This document shows positions 1 through 13,171 of a DNA stretch of 64,000 bases, in pieces. A program made the position numbers and the translations under genes. Source of the stretch: Ascidiella aspersa. Lineage: Eukaryota. The DNA lies in NCBI GenBank assembly GCA_963924565.1, contig OZ004607.1:30814001-30878000 (forward strand). The letters are read 5' to 3'. Numbering within the stretch: position 1 is the first letter of the stretch; each line of letters starts with the position of its first letter. The notes under the pieces were generated by a model, which worked only from the letters and a program-made list of their open reading frames with translations, was not told the DNA's origin and did no database searches.

Positions 1-214
1 TCTCTCTACGTCCCCTGTAGATATACAATTATACAATTATACATATCTTCCTATTTCTGTCAACTTATTTCTTGGTCTCTTCTTATAGACATATTATTAT
101 CTTTTGCTTGACTCCCACCGTTTTTCTTCTCAACGCTTTATGTTTCCATGTTTCCTTCTTCTTTATCTACTGTATCATAATCTGATCGAATCTTTAACGC
201 TTTACGCCATACAG

Positions 215-409
215 GACGAAGGACTGCAAGATGTCCAAGAAATGATCAAGACCAACCAGCAGCGCCCGGACCGTCGTCTCCGCGGCGTCGTGTCTGACCT
301 CATCAACGGTTGTGCCACCTACAACAGGCTGGTCAAGGGCACAGGGGGCGCTGCGGCCGGGAAGACCAGGCTAGATCGCGAAAGACACAAGCTTCGCCTT
401 CGCGAAATT
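215..409 (+). CDS. OTOF: otoferlin exon (FerA region), phase 0-0
   Basis: acag|GAC...ATT|gtgagt; DEGLQDVQEMIKT...RRLRGV...TRLDRERHKLRLREI. Confidence 0.92.
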
Positions 410-837
410 GTGAGTCAAGTTTTTGAAAGCTTGAGAAGAACTTATCGGCTTTTTTATTTTATATTGATGAACGTGATATTGGATGAATGAAGCTAGAAAA
501 TAAAATGTCATTCTGTAATTATTTGATAGATTGTCACTCTTTACTAATCAATTATGATGGACCACATGATCCATTACAATATTTTTGAAAAAATTTGAGT
601 CTTTAGGAGCCAAAGAATGATGGTTGAACTACCAAACACACCGCTTATTTTTTTCAAAAAACATTAGTCAAAGCTGCTTTACTGTGTCATGTATATATAT
701 TTCAAAATAACATAAAACAGGTGTCTTTTTTAGTAGGTTAGGGCCAAAGTTTCGCTGCCAACTAAAACAGTTTCAAATTCTTTCGATATTTCTGACAGTC
801 AATTGCTGTGTACAAAATTACCAATTGTATTATTAAG

Positions 838-954
838 GAATTGCTCAGCAACGAATCGGTGAAGTTGCAAAAGACTTTGAAGCTTAGCACCCTGAAGGAC
901 AAGATGGGAAAGATGAAGAGTTTACTCGGCAAACTAAAGTTTCTTGCGGACGAT
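838..954 (+). CDS. OTOF: otoferlin exon (FerA end), phase 0-0
   Basis: ttaag|GAA...GAT|gtaagt; ELLSNESVKLQKTLK...GKLKFLADD, which matches the KLRFLADE motif preceding PQHS. Confidence 0.88.
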
Positions 955-1198
955 GTAAGTCGAACAATTTTGTTTCGCCTTTAAAGTTTAGCCTACCTAT
1001 TCGCCAAATTAGTATACTACCAAAAAAGTCATCTAACTTACTATTGCGAAAAAAGTTAATGCACATCATTAAAATAAGAACTGCTTCCAAAATCAATTAA
1101 GAAAGCATGATGCATTGTGTTGTAAATACCTTTAAGTTCTTGTTTTTTCTGAGCACCAAGAAATGCTCGAACAACAATATACTTTACTTATTTTCCAG

Positions 1199-1351
1199 CC
1201 GCAGCACTCGATCCCTGACGTCTTCCTGTGGATGCTGAGTGGAAAGAAGAGAGTGGCTTACTGCCGCATCCCAACCCGGAAGATCCTACACTCCATCTGT
1301 CAGGAGGAATCCGGCCAGCACTGCGGGAAGATTCAAACGCTCTTCGTGCGG
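1199..1351 (+). CDS. OTOF: otoferlin exon (FerB), phase 0-0
   Basis: ttccag|CCG...CGG|gtgagt; PQHSIPDVFLWMLSGKKRVAY...CGKIQTLFVR. Confidence 0.95.
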
Positions 1352-1365
1352 GTGAGTGTGTGTGG

Positions 1366-1920
1366 CAGCGTTGTAAATAAGTCACTTGTGAAAAGACTTA
1401 AGTCACTGTCAAGTCATTTGCAAAAAAACTTCAAGTCACAGCATTGGCTTTACAAAATAATATCCCACCTTTTTATAAGTAATACTTGAAACACATATCA
1501 GTCACATTAACTGAAGATGGTACAAGCTCGTATCAAAACGTCCTAATCGAGATGTTGTCAATCTACTACTTATTTGGCTGAGCAATTTGTTATCAAGCTA
1601 CATTAGAGATCCCTGCCTAGTGTATCCAAAATAATATTTAACTTCTAAAAATGGTAAACACCTTCCATTCTGACCAATATTTCACAGCAAAAACAAAAAA
1701 CGAAACACATAACACATAAGTTAACATTTATTACGTTTTATATTTGGCTTGAATAACTCAATTTTACTAAAAAGTATTCAAATAAAGCACATATGTCACG
1801 CTATTTGTCTAAATAACTGAAGTCAAGTCAAGTTATTTTACCCACAAGACTTGAGTCAAGTCATTTGAAACAAAGACTTAAGATCAAGTAAAATCATTGA
1901 CTCAAGTCATTACAGCACTG
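1366..1920. mobile_element. old hAT-like MITE with AAGTCA subterminal repeats
   Basis: Ends cagcgttgtaa / ttacagcactg, repeated caagtca units, partial TSD gtgtgtgg/gagtgtga; related copy at 54872-55270. Confidence 0.6.
1502..1550 (+). mobile_element. degenerate hammerhead-type repeat, second family (copy 1)
   Basis: tcacattaa-CTGAAGA-tggtacaagctcgtatc-AAAAC-GTC-ctaat; homologous to 3731-3779. Confidence 0.5.
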
Positions 1921-2352
1921 GAGTGTGAGAATCAAGTCTGTGCCTTCCTAATGTCAAAACGACAGATTTGCAGCCCCTTTAAAAAACATCTCTATTTGCT
2001 TTAAATTCTTGAATGTAAACCGATCTAAACGTTTTTTGGAAGAGCACGAAAAGTGCTTAATAATTTAGAAGAATCGCAACAAAGTTCCGTATTTAGCCCG
2101 GAACTGACTTGATCGACGCAATTAACATTTCCTAAATAAAAAGTGTTTCATGACAAAAATCTCTCACAAGTATGGATGAAGAAGATTAACCCTGCAAGAA
2201 ATTGTTGAATTTGAGGTAGCTCATGCCACGACGTTTTACCTTGGAAGGCATGAATAATACCTTTTTCCCTTCAAACAGTACAGTTTAAGCTATTTCTTTT
2301 TTTTTAGTACTGGTTTAAACTGTTTCTGTTATCTTTGCCGTTTATATTTTAG

Positions 2353-2533
2353 CTTCCCGGAAAGAAGAGCCTTGGGCCCGGAGGTTGGAGCATCCAGGCG
2401 AAGCTGGACGTTTACTTCTGGTTCGGCCTCACCAAGAACAAGCGCGACTACTTGAAGGGCCTTCCCACAGGGTACCAGATAGTACGCGCCACACAAGCAC
2501 TCAGTTCTCCGCCAACATTTCTCACCTACACGG
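2353..2533 (+). CDS. OTOF: otoferlin exon (FerB end), phase 0-1
   Basis: ttttag|CTT...ACG G|gtaaaa; LPGKKSLGPGGWSIQAKLDVYFWFGL...PPTFLTYT. Confidence 0.93.
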
Positions 2534-3730
2534 GTAAAAAGAACTAATTTTCATATGTTCAGCATTTTACAGAGACTAAAAATGGTGCGATTTCCTTTTA
2601 ATTCCTTTTTTTGTCGTTTCCTTTTAAAGCGAACATTCTTTGTCGGAATGCGGAAAGTTAAACTACTAAAAAAGAGTTTAAATTAACACGTCATTTTAAA
2701 TAATTATTAATTATTGTAAAAAACAAAAATCTTCAAAAAGTACAGCGATATTAGGACTATAGGTAACTCAGAAAATATCCCTTATGTAGACACCAATAAA
2801 GGAGTCCATCAAAAGTGTTAATATCCGATAACTTCGATAAGCCTTAAATATTTAACCAATGATAAATAATAATTAAACAGCGTTTTTAAGTCCATAGATA
2901 AAATGCGAAATTTGATCTTCTTCGCGTATAAGGTTACAGATCAACGCAGAAATTTTATTTATAGTCATGCCTTAAAATGAATTTAAAGGAGCTTTCTTAC
3001 GTTTTGTCCGAGCAAATAAATCAAGATTTTTGAAGGTTTAAAATATATTTGTTTACGACGCCAAAACTGCGTGGCAAAAAAATCAACTGAGCGAGTTAAT
3101 GCACGACATTTTCGTACTCAGTGGGATATATTGTCTTAAGAAACTACCACACCTAATTTGTTATATCCGATATCAGAAATGGGTAGTATCAGTACGTTTA
3201 GCACTGTCGTTATGAATAGAAAACTAATGGATCCGATACTGAAGTCTTTATCAGTGTACACGTACAAGAATTTATTAATACACGAAAAGGCCTAAACAAG
3301 TGTATTCCTTAATTCGAATGAATCAATACAAAACAATGTTAATAAAACAGGAACAGAATCAGTAAGTTAAACATCATTGCCAAACACTTACAAGTAACTA
3401 ACAAAATGAGCTCCTACCGCGACAAGGTAGTAACACCAACTGCCGTAAGGACAACTACAATGTCAAGGCACCATGTGCTCAGTGACCTTTGACCGCAAGT
3501 CATAGAATGATCACACAATTAAATAGGTCATAAAGTACTTAAATAAACATGCGGTTTAGCAAGCTCACTGTTAATCTTAACAGTATTTAACCATAGTAAT
3601 GGCGTCATTTAGTATCGAATCGAGCCGCGTTAATTTTTATCAAAAATGTCTGGATATCTCTTCCACTAATACTTACCCTACGTCTGTGTTTTGAACAAGA
3701 GTCATACATGTTCTTATGAGACTGTCTTTA

Positions 3731-3779
3731 TCACATTACCTAAAGATAATATAAGCTCGTATCGAAACGTCTTTATCGA
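3731..3779 (+). mobile_element. degenerate hammerhead-type repeat, second family (copy 2)
   Basis: tcacattac-CTAAAGA-taatataagctcgtatc-GAAAC-GTC. Confidence 0.5.
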
Positions 3780-3843
3780 TGTCTTTGTATGGTTGTCGAA
3801 ACACGTGTTTGTACGCCTTTGACCCACCTATTTTTCGGCGCAG

Positions 3844-3968
3844 ATCGACAACAGTTCGAGCTGCGCGCGCACATGTACCAGGGGAGAGGGCTGCTGGCCG
3901 CTGACGACACCGGCCTGTCGGACCCCTTCGCCAAGATCATCTTCTCGACGCACACCGACACCACTCAG
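3844..3968 (+). CDS. OTOF: otoferlin exon (C2D start), phase 1-0
   Basis: gcag|AT...CAG|gtgagg; DRQQFELRAHMYQGRGLLAADDTGLSDPFAKIIF. Confidence 0.95.
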
Positions 3969-4826
3969 GTGAGGCCATCGGCGGGCTTACGAGGCTCGAA
4001 ACCCGGCGGAATTAGAAACCTAAACCCGACGGGCTTACGAAGGCCGAAACCCGGCGGCGGGCTGAGGTTTCCGGCTAATGATTTTCCCACGGTCGAAACA
4101 CGTTAAGGTTACCCGGCGAGCGGGCGCTTGTGGGTTTAAGGCCGGCGCGCGTTTTCTTGCAGTGTCAATTCCTGCAGCCGTAACCCAACCCTGGCGGCAA
4201 CGTTTAAAGGGTGTAGGGTGCGCGACGCAATTTGTGAGCGATTACGATCCGACACAGATAGTGGGGGAATTAGGGGCGAAAAGGTCGACTGTGATATATA
4301 AAGTGAGGGGTTTAAAACGTTACTTTTTTCTAGCGCGAATAGCGCGAACCTCGAAGATTTGTTCTGTGAATGAACATGGTGATCAATTTTAGTAAATCTA
4401 TAATTATAAACGTCCCGTTGTATTTTACCAGCCGAAACACTATCAGGCTCGCCATTTGCGCTGCATCACTTTAGGCCAGCGGTTCTGATTGGCGCAATGT
4501 TACAATATTGACATTCTGCTTAAAAATGGAAGACTGTACCACATGGCTATCGTGTGCATGATATTTTCCTAAAATACCGCCATTATTTGACAAAGAAAGC
4601 CAACGATGAAACAGCATAACTTTGCAACAAAAGCATTTTCTTCCTAGGCGTTTTAACCAAGTAGATAGTCAAACAAAAGTACTGTCAAGTGAAAGCAATT
4701 TTGCCTGGCGGGGCGGCCACCTTTTAGCAAAGTGTGAAAACCCGTAACATCAGCTGTAAAGCTCCGTAGCGCTACCAAAAGCATAATACAGGCATAACCC
4801 TACTCAATACTGCCCACTCTTTTCAG

Positions 4827-4961
4827 GTTGTGGAGGAGACGCTGAACCCAACGTGGGACCAAACCCTCATCATACCCAACGTGACCTTATATGGTCGTGC
4901 CGAGGAGCTGAGAGACGACCCCCCGCTAATAGTCATTGAGATTTTCGACCAAGACACAGTG
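4827..4961 (+). CDS. OTOF: otoferlin exon (C2D), phase 0-0
   Basis: tttcag|GTT...GTG|gtatgc; VVEETLNPTWDQTL...ELRDDPPLIVIEIFDQDTV. Confidence 0.95.
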
Positions 4962-5623
4962 GTATGCTACTATTGAGATATTTATATTCTGTTGCTAAGA
5001 CTACCGCATTTAATTTCTGGCAAATGATTTAATTTTTTTGGTTGACTGCTGCCAAGGCAGTGGCTGGTGTAGCCACTTTTCCCCGATTAATTAATGGCAG
5101 TGATATTGAATTGAAGTCTGTATTGATATTTACTTTATTATAACGTGGAAAACGTTTGGTGTTGTATATGTTAACTAAAATGTGGTAAATCTGGAACCTA
5201 GTCTGTGCTATTTTTAACAAACTATATATTCTTAGTATTTAAATTAAGGCTTACAGGTATACGTATCAGACAGCGAAGGCTTAAACTGTTTTTTTTTTCG
5301 AGATGACCAATGTTACGATAATATTTGCATTGACGTAAGGTTACAAAAATACAAAAATCACATTTTGGGGGAAATGGCCATGCCTCCCCCTGGATTCGCC
5401 CCCGATAACTTGAAACTAAACCAACGACATAGCCAATACAAGCGAAGCTCCCCAGGATACGGACCCAGCCACGCACATTTATCACAGACAAAAAAGATTA
5501 CTATTACAGCTGTGCCATTGTAAAAAAAACACCTAAAAAATTGTTTGATTCTTTACAAGGCCGCGGAACCGTAGAATCAGATCCGTCGTACCACGTATAA
5601 GTATGTCTTGTTAACATTTTCAG

Positions 5624-5785
5624 GGCAAGGATGAGTACATCGGAAGGACGATCGCCAAGCCCCTGGTAAAGATGTCAGGGGAGAGGTACGAGGAACCCAG
5701 GTTCCCGGCCAAGCTCGACTGGTACCAGGTGTACAGAGGCGCCACCAAGGCCGGAGAGATACTGGCAGCCTTTGAACTGCTACAG
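5624..5785 (+). CDS. OTOF: otoferlin exon (C2D end), phase 0-0
   Basis: ttcag|GGC...CAG|gtaatg; [17 protein letters not shown]...[14 protein letters not shown]...[12 protein letters not shown]. Confidence 0.95.
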
Positions 5786-7125
5786 GTAATGTCTTCTTAC
5801 AGGCTTGTGTTTAAACCTTTTCACCCCTAAAAGAGCACAAAATGTGGTTGAAGGTCAGATACAAGTGATTTTAAGTGGCCTGGTAACAATAACTCATTGT
5901 TTGTCATTTTTATGTTATTGTCACTTTCTTAAAAAAGGGCAGAACGCTATAATAATAGAAATTAATTACGGTGATACAAAAACTGGTTTAGCAATTAAGG
6001 TGTTCGTGCTACTAAATAAAAACGCCAGTGATTTTCGAATTGTTAACTGTATGTCAGGTGATCTATTTGTTCTTAAGCAAAAAATCATTAGCCTTATGGT
6101 TAGGTTAGGCTTTGTCAAATCCCAAATATTTTTATATGTTTTATAGATAATATTTTAAGCTTATTGTACATAATTATTTGTAGTCAATTTCTTTACAAAA
6201 TACATCATTGGTTTTTTTGTGTGGTTGCCTTCATTTGCGTACAGTTTGCCTAACTCATGTTCATTTCTTTTATTACCTTAAAGTAGAATAATACTGGTTT
6301 TTCTTCATAGCCCAGAGGCGTCATTTTTCCTGCTAATTTAGTGTTACCGCGCCTAGCAAATGTAGATTCTTATCTTAAGCCTTCTTTCAACTTTACTGCT
6401 AAATTACTTTTCGCCTTCCACATTTTCTGCTGTAGTTTTCAGCCTGCTGACTAAATCCTGTATGCGGCATATTTAATATTTTTCAAGGAAAAATATTTAG
6501 CGAGTAAACAGACGTGCATTTCTGCTAGCTTAAAAACAAAATGCTTTTTTGTTGCGAATTTTAAAGTCAGTTGTACAATATAAAAAACTTTTAAATTCTT
6601 GAAAAAAAAAAAATATTTTAGTGACTAAAGATACCACAAAAACTGTTAAATGTTATTCCACCAACAATTGTTGTATAAATAGATTGTATGCCCGTATCGT
6701 ATGGTGCGTTTTGCATCGCTTGTCTTCAGTTATAAACGACGTTTCGAACTTCGCATATTTATATGAAAACTTAAAAAGATAGCAGTATATTTCAACTAAG
6801 AAATCTCCAAAATAAAGTAAATTTTGCGAAACGAAAAAACATCCTGTTAAGTGTATCACACCTTTAAACTTATTTGCAATGAGCCGTCATGTCAAACTAC
6901 AATCTTGCCTAAAATCGACTGACTATCGGAATTTCCCTTTCCAATACCAAGACGTGTATCAGAGCACAGTTTTATCTGATTCCCAGATAATTTAGTTCCA
7001 CGCGTCCATTTTTCACGCAATCCCCGCGCTAAGGTTTCCATTATACATATTGGCTTTATGCGACTTAAAACGTGACCAAAAATGGAGTCGCAAATGCACC
7101 GGTTCTTATTCAACGAGTCTTCCAG

Positions 7126-7212
7126 ATTCCCTACGACCAGAAGGAAATGGACGACTTGCTGCTCGAAAAATGGCGGGAAACCAAGCAGAGGTCACGCGAG
7201 GGCGTGTTTGAG
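7126..7212 (+). CDS. OTOF: probable otoferlin linker exon (lineage-specific), phase 0-0
   Basis: ttccag|ATT...GAG|gtttgt; 87 nt, GC3-rich, IPYDQKEMDDLLLEKWRETKQRSREGVFE; frame-preserving. Confidence 0.7.
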
Positions 7213-10200
7213 GTTTGTTACGTCACAAACGCACCACGTGTTTCGTGCTGTGTTACGTCACTCGCATCGATGGTGCATGACGATTTCTGTCGGGTCACGA
7301 AACGGTTGGGCTTTAAGGCTTTTGCATGGCGTAGTTGTTGTTTACTGGACTTGAACAATTGTTTCTTGATTGGTTTCAACATCAAACCAAATGTCGTGAG
7401 TAATTTTGAACTTCTGCTTATCAGCGTTTGAAGCATGAGCTTTTAAACGTTTGTTTAATGTTGTGCCAATGCACAGGTTTATGTTTTGTCTGCAAGTGAC
7501 AATTGTCCGGCATGGACTTACAATTTTGTTTTACTAAGACTCATAAGTGTGTTTTAATTAAACTAATTTTGTAATTCGGGGCACTTTTGCTTCCTGAACA
7601 CAAAGTTGCATGTGCTTTTTGCGCTTGCCTTGAAAATATTTGAGAAATATTGCTTTATTTGCTTTTGTTTTTTAATTTTATATTAGCGAGCAGATTTTAT
7701 GTTGTTCCTAATTCATTAGGGTAGGTGCTGTACTTTTTCACACAGGTTTATTGGAAAGCAGTATTTACTTTGTTTTGAACGATAAAATCATATCAAAAGC
7801 CTTTTGTCATTATTTAACGTCATGTGTTTTTCAGGTAGGTATTGAAAATTTGTTACGATATTTTTTTTACTTGAAATCAAGCGTTTGGATCTCATGTCAT
7901 ATTACGACTAAACGTTTTTCTCGTAAACACCTTAGTAGGATTACTGATGGTGGAGTCTTGCTTCAAACTACAGATTATTTCGTTTATCAGAAATCGAAGT
8001 CGCCATTTTCTTCGTACTGCAAAGCAATGTCTACTCATTGACATTGGATCGGGCATTCACTAGAAAAGAACATATTTTTCTTAAATTTATATTTTTGTTG
8101 AAAGCTTGTTCCAAAACAAGTTTCCTAAAAGTTTCATTTATTTTTTCAATAAAATAATATCGTTTTTGAGTCACCAGCTTAGCTAGAAATTTAGAATGGT
8201 TGTTTTCAGAAAATGGCCAATGAGAGACAATCTCTGATAAAACTTTATCAGCAAAATAAAAAATAAATATTATAAATAAAATCAATTTTAATTTTTTGTT
8301 TTAAATTTAATGCGTTTAGTGTTTCGAAGAGATTGATATTTTATATATTTTACCATAGTCCGGAATTTAAAATAGCCCATATGAGAACTTCGGTATATTT
8401 TTTGTGCATCGTCGATTATAACCTTTCAATTTTTGTTTCTCTCACATTAAAAAATCTACTCGACGCACAACAACCCAAACACGTTAGATCTTGTTCTATT
8501 TATATTCGTGGAGTTTTAGGACATTCTTATCAAAATTTTGTGGAATGGTTCTAATTTTGTTAAAGTTGTACCACACAAAACGAATCCATTAATGTTGGCA
8601 AGAATCAATTTAATTTTCATTGCTGAAAATCTGGATCTGCAAGTAAGCAAGTAATAATTTACTGCACAAATTTTCCAGTTGCGCCGAGCAGTTAAGCACA
8701 TTACGGCAGTTTGTTTTTACTTTTTACCTCATGGAACTCTTTTTGCTTCTTTAAAATAATGGAGAACAACACCAATTTTTCAAACAATCGGGTTAAAAAC
8801 ACAATATATCATTCGAATTAGTTTTTAAACAAACAATACTATTTTTTACGAGCTATCGAATACCTTTAAAACTCAATGAGAACGATGTGTTCCGGATCGC
8901 AATTCATCAGTGAATGTATTATAAACATGTTACGCAGATCGTGAAGCTATTTTAAAGAGGTTGCGCTAACCAAATGATTTCGTTAATAGCTTTCCAAAGG
9001 CAGCTTTTTTACATTTTATTACGCCGACCACTTAAAACGTCCTCACGGACCTCGTGGATATTTTTCAGTTGAAAAACTACTGCCTTATCTCCTCATGTTG
9101 TTAGTTGCAAGTCGTTAAAGCTGGGCGTGTCCGTCTTCCACAACCGGTGGTGTGACATTTTAAAAGACGCGCCCGCAGACTGAGGCATTGTGACGCAACA
9201 CACTCCGGGTGATTTCCGATATCCGGCGACGTCCCCGGCCGTCGAAACGACCCGGATTAATCGCGCCCTGGGCCTAATCCGGCGCAGTTTGTCAGTTTGA
9301 ACTGCTCGCCAAACCACCGCGCGCAAATGTCGCCGCAATCTGACGTTTTGGCCCGAAACCGATGGTATCAGTGTCTAACGTACACATTTTACGGCGGATC
9401 CAACTCCTTTGTCCGGTTCCACAGTACTTTCCCGTTTAACCGGAGGTTGCCTTGTTTTACTGGCATATAATTGTCCATCCAAGTGATCTATAAGGTTATA
9501 AGGTCGATGTGAAACCATAGTTAACCAGCAGTGAAATGTTCAAACCTAAAAAAAAAGTCCTATTCTTTAGTATATTCTTTCAGCTCTGAAAATCCCACAT
9601 TAGGCCTGTTAACGCAAGCTGCGTTTTGCAATGGCGCCTTTGCAAATGTTATGGAATCAAATCTTGCAAATGCAAGAGCAACGCTTTAGTTGTACTATGA
9701 GTATTACCATTTTCAACAAATAAATTTGAGCCTAAAACAGCAATTAAATACCCTTCCACTCGGGAACCATTTCGTGAGTTAGCATTTAATGCAAACTATA
9801 TTTATTTTTTAGTTGATCTGCTAATTTTTGTGTTTTTTGATCGTAAACCTTTTTTAAACTGCACCATGTTTTATTAGTTCACCATAAAAAATGGCAGTAT
9901 GTGTTTTTCGTTTCTCAGTTCTATATTTCAAAGAATTGCGATTAATAACCGTTGTTCACTTATTTTTTTGTTAGTACTGTTACAAATTAACCAAAAAATC
10001 AAGCAAGTATAGCAATTATCGCGTCGTAGGCGTCAGCGACGACTTACGCATAAAGGCAAATTCCCTTTACCAATTCATAGTAAATCTTAAAACGCTGCAA
10101 ATGCGCTAGTTTTGACTTAAAATGGTCCATTCTGGCGAGGTTCGCTGGATTCTTGCAAAACTTGTCGTATTCTGGCATGCTTGGCACAAGCCCATCGTTT

Positions 10201-10805
10201 ACCAAATAAAATGTATTTATATGATAAATAGCCGCTCGTTGGCCTCTCCGGCATCGCAACAAACAATAGAAAACCGTCATTCGGTTGAAGTTTTTGCCAA
10301 CACACTTTTTCAACTCGAAAGGGAATCATTCTTGGATGGATTAACGGGATTATAATGACTGCCTTGTTTTCTTTTTTTTCTTTTTTATCAATTTACAATT
10401 TTAGTGCGCATGATAAACAAAGCAAAGCGAACCGACAAAACATGATTTGCATATGTATGAGCAAATATTAAATTAATAATCCAAATACCAGAGCTATAAT
10501 TAAAAGAATAATTCAAAAGAAAAAAGATCGTTAAAGAAAAAAGATCGTTGGCTGTAAAAATAATTACCTGGAATAAGTTGCTGCTCAAAACAATATTCTA
10601 CTTAACTCAGTTGCAGCTTCTAACAACATGGGCCTCCAGACTACTAAATCAAGTGTCTCATTTACAACAAATATATTCACAATGCTTGATATTATAAACA
10701 GAGAAATGGTAAAATATATGCGGGAGCAAAGTAAACCGGACACTTTTAGTACTTATGCTTTTCGCGGTCCTATTTTAATCCAAAACTTTTATCTTTTTTT
10801 CGTAG

Positions 10806-10928
10806 AAGAAAGTCGGTATCGACCTTGAAGAATCGGCCAAGGTCACTGAGTCGATCCAGAACGACCAAGGTCACAAGTTCACCGTCCCGAAGGGCATACG
10901 CCCCCTGCTGGCCAAACACAGGGTCGAG
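10806..10928 (+). CDS. OTOF: otoferlin exon, phase 0-0 (NAGNAG acceptor 10805/10808)
   Basis: cgtag|AAG...GAG|gtgagt; ...FTVPKGIRPLLAKHRVE, matching the ferlin VP.GIRP.L.KYRVE motif. Confidence 0.93.
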
Positions 10929-13022
10929 GTGAGTGTGCTCTGATTTCTATGAGAGGCCGTTGACATTTTTAGAACTTAATAACTCAGCCTTGTTTAAGGC
11001 ATTGCTTTCACAACAGCGTGATATGACCAAGAAAAGCTGGCTGGACAAATGTTATTGAATTAAATATTCGTGTTGTGTATGGTTGACATTCACGATATAT
11101 GGAGTAAGGATAGCACGCAGGAAGTATATATTGAGCCTTACGGGCATCACCATAGATCTGTTAATTTGAATAGGTTTGTTAACATCTTTACCACTTTTCG
11201 AAGTTTTCTTTTAGCCTTTGTCTCGACAGTTGTTTTTTCTCAAACGTTTTACCTCAAATTGCTTGATCCAGCATTATTTTAGATTTTAACGTTTTACTCG
11301 GAAAACGCAACACGCGATATGTAGGACTACAACGCAAGAGTACAGTCCGGTTTAGTTATTTGATAAACAAACACGCTTCAGAATAGTTCTTCCTTTTTAA
11401 TCTTGGTTGCTAATGAATTTGCAATAAAGAGCTGCAAATTATGGGGTTAATTCTTTTACCAAAGTTAACTTTATGTTGTATGTGAACTTCAAACAATTTC
11501 AACAATTGAAAGGTGTTGAAGCAGAAAAAATCTCAAACCTAGGCCTACTATTAATAGCGGTAAAATAATTATTCATTAACAATTATTAAAATTAAGGATA
11601 CTGCATACACCCTTTTCTTCTGTTTTTGTTTTTACCAAAACACGAAGCAGTATTGGCGCTTTAATGAACGAAGTAGAGTTTGCAAACGTTTGTTGTTATT
11701 TGTGTCATCGGCTTTAAACAACAGATATCATAAAATCATTGGTTGTTTATATTGTTTAAATATAAACTGATTAAGAAAAGGTGATGACACTCGGCCTGAT
11801 TGCAGAAATACATGTACATTTAAAATTTAGAATTACACAATCTTGAATTTGTTTCCGTCCGCCATTTTGCCCTACATTGCTCGTTGCCCGAACAATCAAG
11901 TCCACAGAACTGCTTTATTCACTTTAGAAAAACATGCACTGGCCACTGTGCTGTGTGCATGACAACAAACACTCACACACATTCACATGCTACAAGGGTG
12001 ATCTTGGCAGCACATGTTAAATGCTATCGTCAAGGCACGCCCAAACATTTTCAAAAATCGACCGCAGTCCATTTAAAACTGCTGTCAGTTGTAGCGATTA
12101 AAGTCTTCGAGTTTAATCCTGATTTTAACGATGTTTAGTAGCTGAAGTGCAGGCGTCTCTTCAGGATTGTGCGGTCTGAAAAAAAATAATCTCGTAGATG
12201 TCCTCCTGACCCAATTTTGTCGTACATGAACGCCTGAGTTTTTTTAAATGGTGTATTATCTATTGAAGCTTAATAGCTTTTTACAGCAGTTGTCACGTGT
12301 TTAACCCTTCCTGTTCGCCTTCATTGAAAATGCTTAACTGAACTAGCGATTTTGTGTTCACTGGGTTGCAGGTGCCGCGTCTCTTTAGCAGCACACAAAT
12401 GCCACATACCTTCCCACGCAAACAACGGATTTTCTCCTCGTACGCGCAACGGCTCTTAGATAAAAATCAGTTGTTGGTAACTTGGGGTGGTAAGGTCAAA
12501 GGGTCGAAAGATTTTTATATCGTTATAACATGAAATTAAAATTCGCGTGAATTGTCAAAGATTCAAATTTTTTTTTAGAATAGGATAGCAAACTAATATT
12601 TCGGTTACATTGTTGTTAGGTTGTCCTCTGCATCAAAATAAAACGTAGCGGCAAAATTTACTATAAAAGCTTGTTACTCAATTAGGTTAACTGGGTGCAA
12701 ATAAAAGTTTGTCGTTGCCGAACAAGCGAGTTGCGATCTATTTCTGGAAATCCTCCAGCCCATGCAGTCTGACGTTATTTTATTGTTCTTTGTCCTAACT
12801 TAGCGTTTGCTTTCTCAAATCTCCTCGTAAATGACCGCAATCTGGAAAATGCTGCTAACATTTATTAGCGTAGGGATATCCGCCAATATAGTTGGTTATA
12901 ATAATGGACCTCGTATAGCCTTCACTCCAGATAGATTCGTGGACCTCTGACCGGTCCTACAACCATCGCATGTGCTGCTGTTTGTTTGCCAAACAAAACG
13001 GAGGACTGCACAGACTTGCACA

Positions 13023-13171
13023 CTATTGCGTTCGGATGAGCGATTCGTAGAAGTACGTCCAGCAGTTGCGGTGGTCCGGGTGCAGCGCTTCTAATTATAC
13101 ATAAAATGGCTTTAACGTGTGTTTCGCAAATAACGCATTACCGAGCGACGAGGTGGCGGACGGTGCTTTGC
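13023..13171 (-). CDS. orphan terminal exons (13171-13142 and 13090-13023) of unknown gene or NTL1 isoform
   Basis: aag|30 nt|gtaatg, 51-nt intron, attag|exon; the phase-1 frame GKAPSATSSLEALHPDHRNCWTYFYESLIRTQ* has strongly G/C-ending codons; AATAAA at 12866-12861. Confidence 0.5.

Noticed and set aside
3980-4193. Repeated gggcttacga...cgaaacccggcg units (hammerhead- or CRISPR-like)
   Set aside because: Only 2-3 irregular copies, the core is CTTACGA with no cleavage triplet, and the context is eukaryotic. It fits MITE subterminal repeats better.
6715-6750. GAAACGTC and CTGAAGA boxes on the minus strand
   Set aside because: Stem I and stem II do not pair, so no complete hammerhead can be formed.
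9093-9400. GC-rich block as an extra otoferlin exon
   Set aside because: All frames after the best acceptor (cccgcag) stop quickly, and the flanking exons join in frame without it.
12896-13171. Phase-0 reading RRSKR|CTRTTATAG...GCR...VKAI with a furin-like site and NGF-like words
   Set aside because: The R/T/S-rich composition is typical of an off-frame read. The phase-1 frame has much better codon bias, and the knot cysteines are absent.
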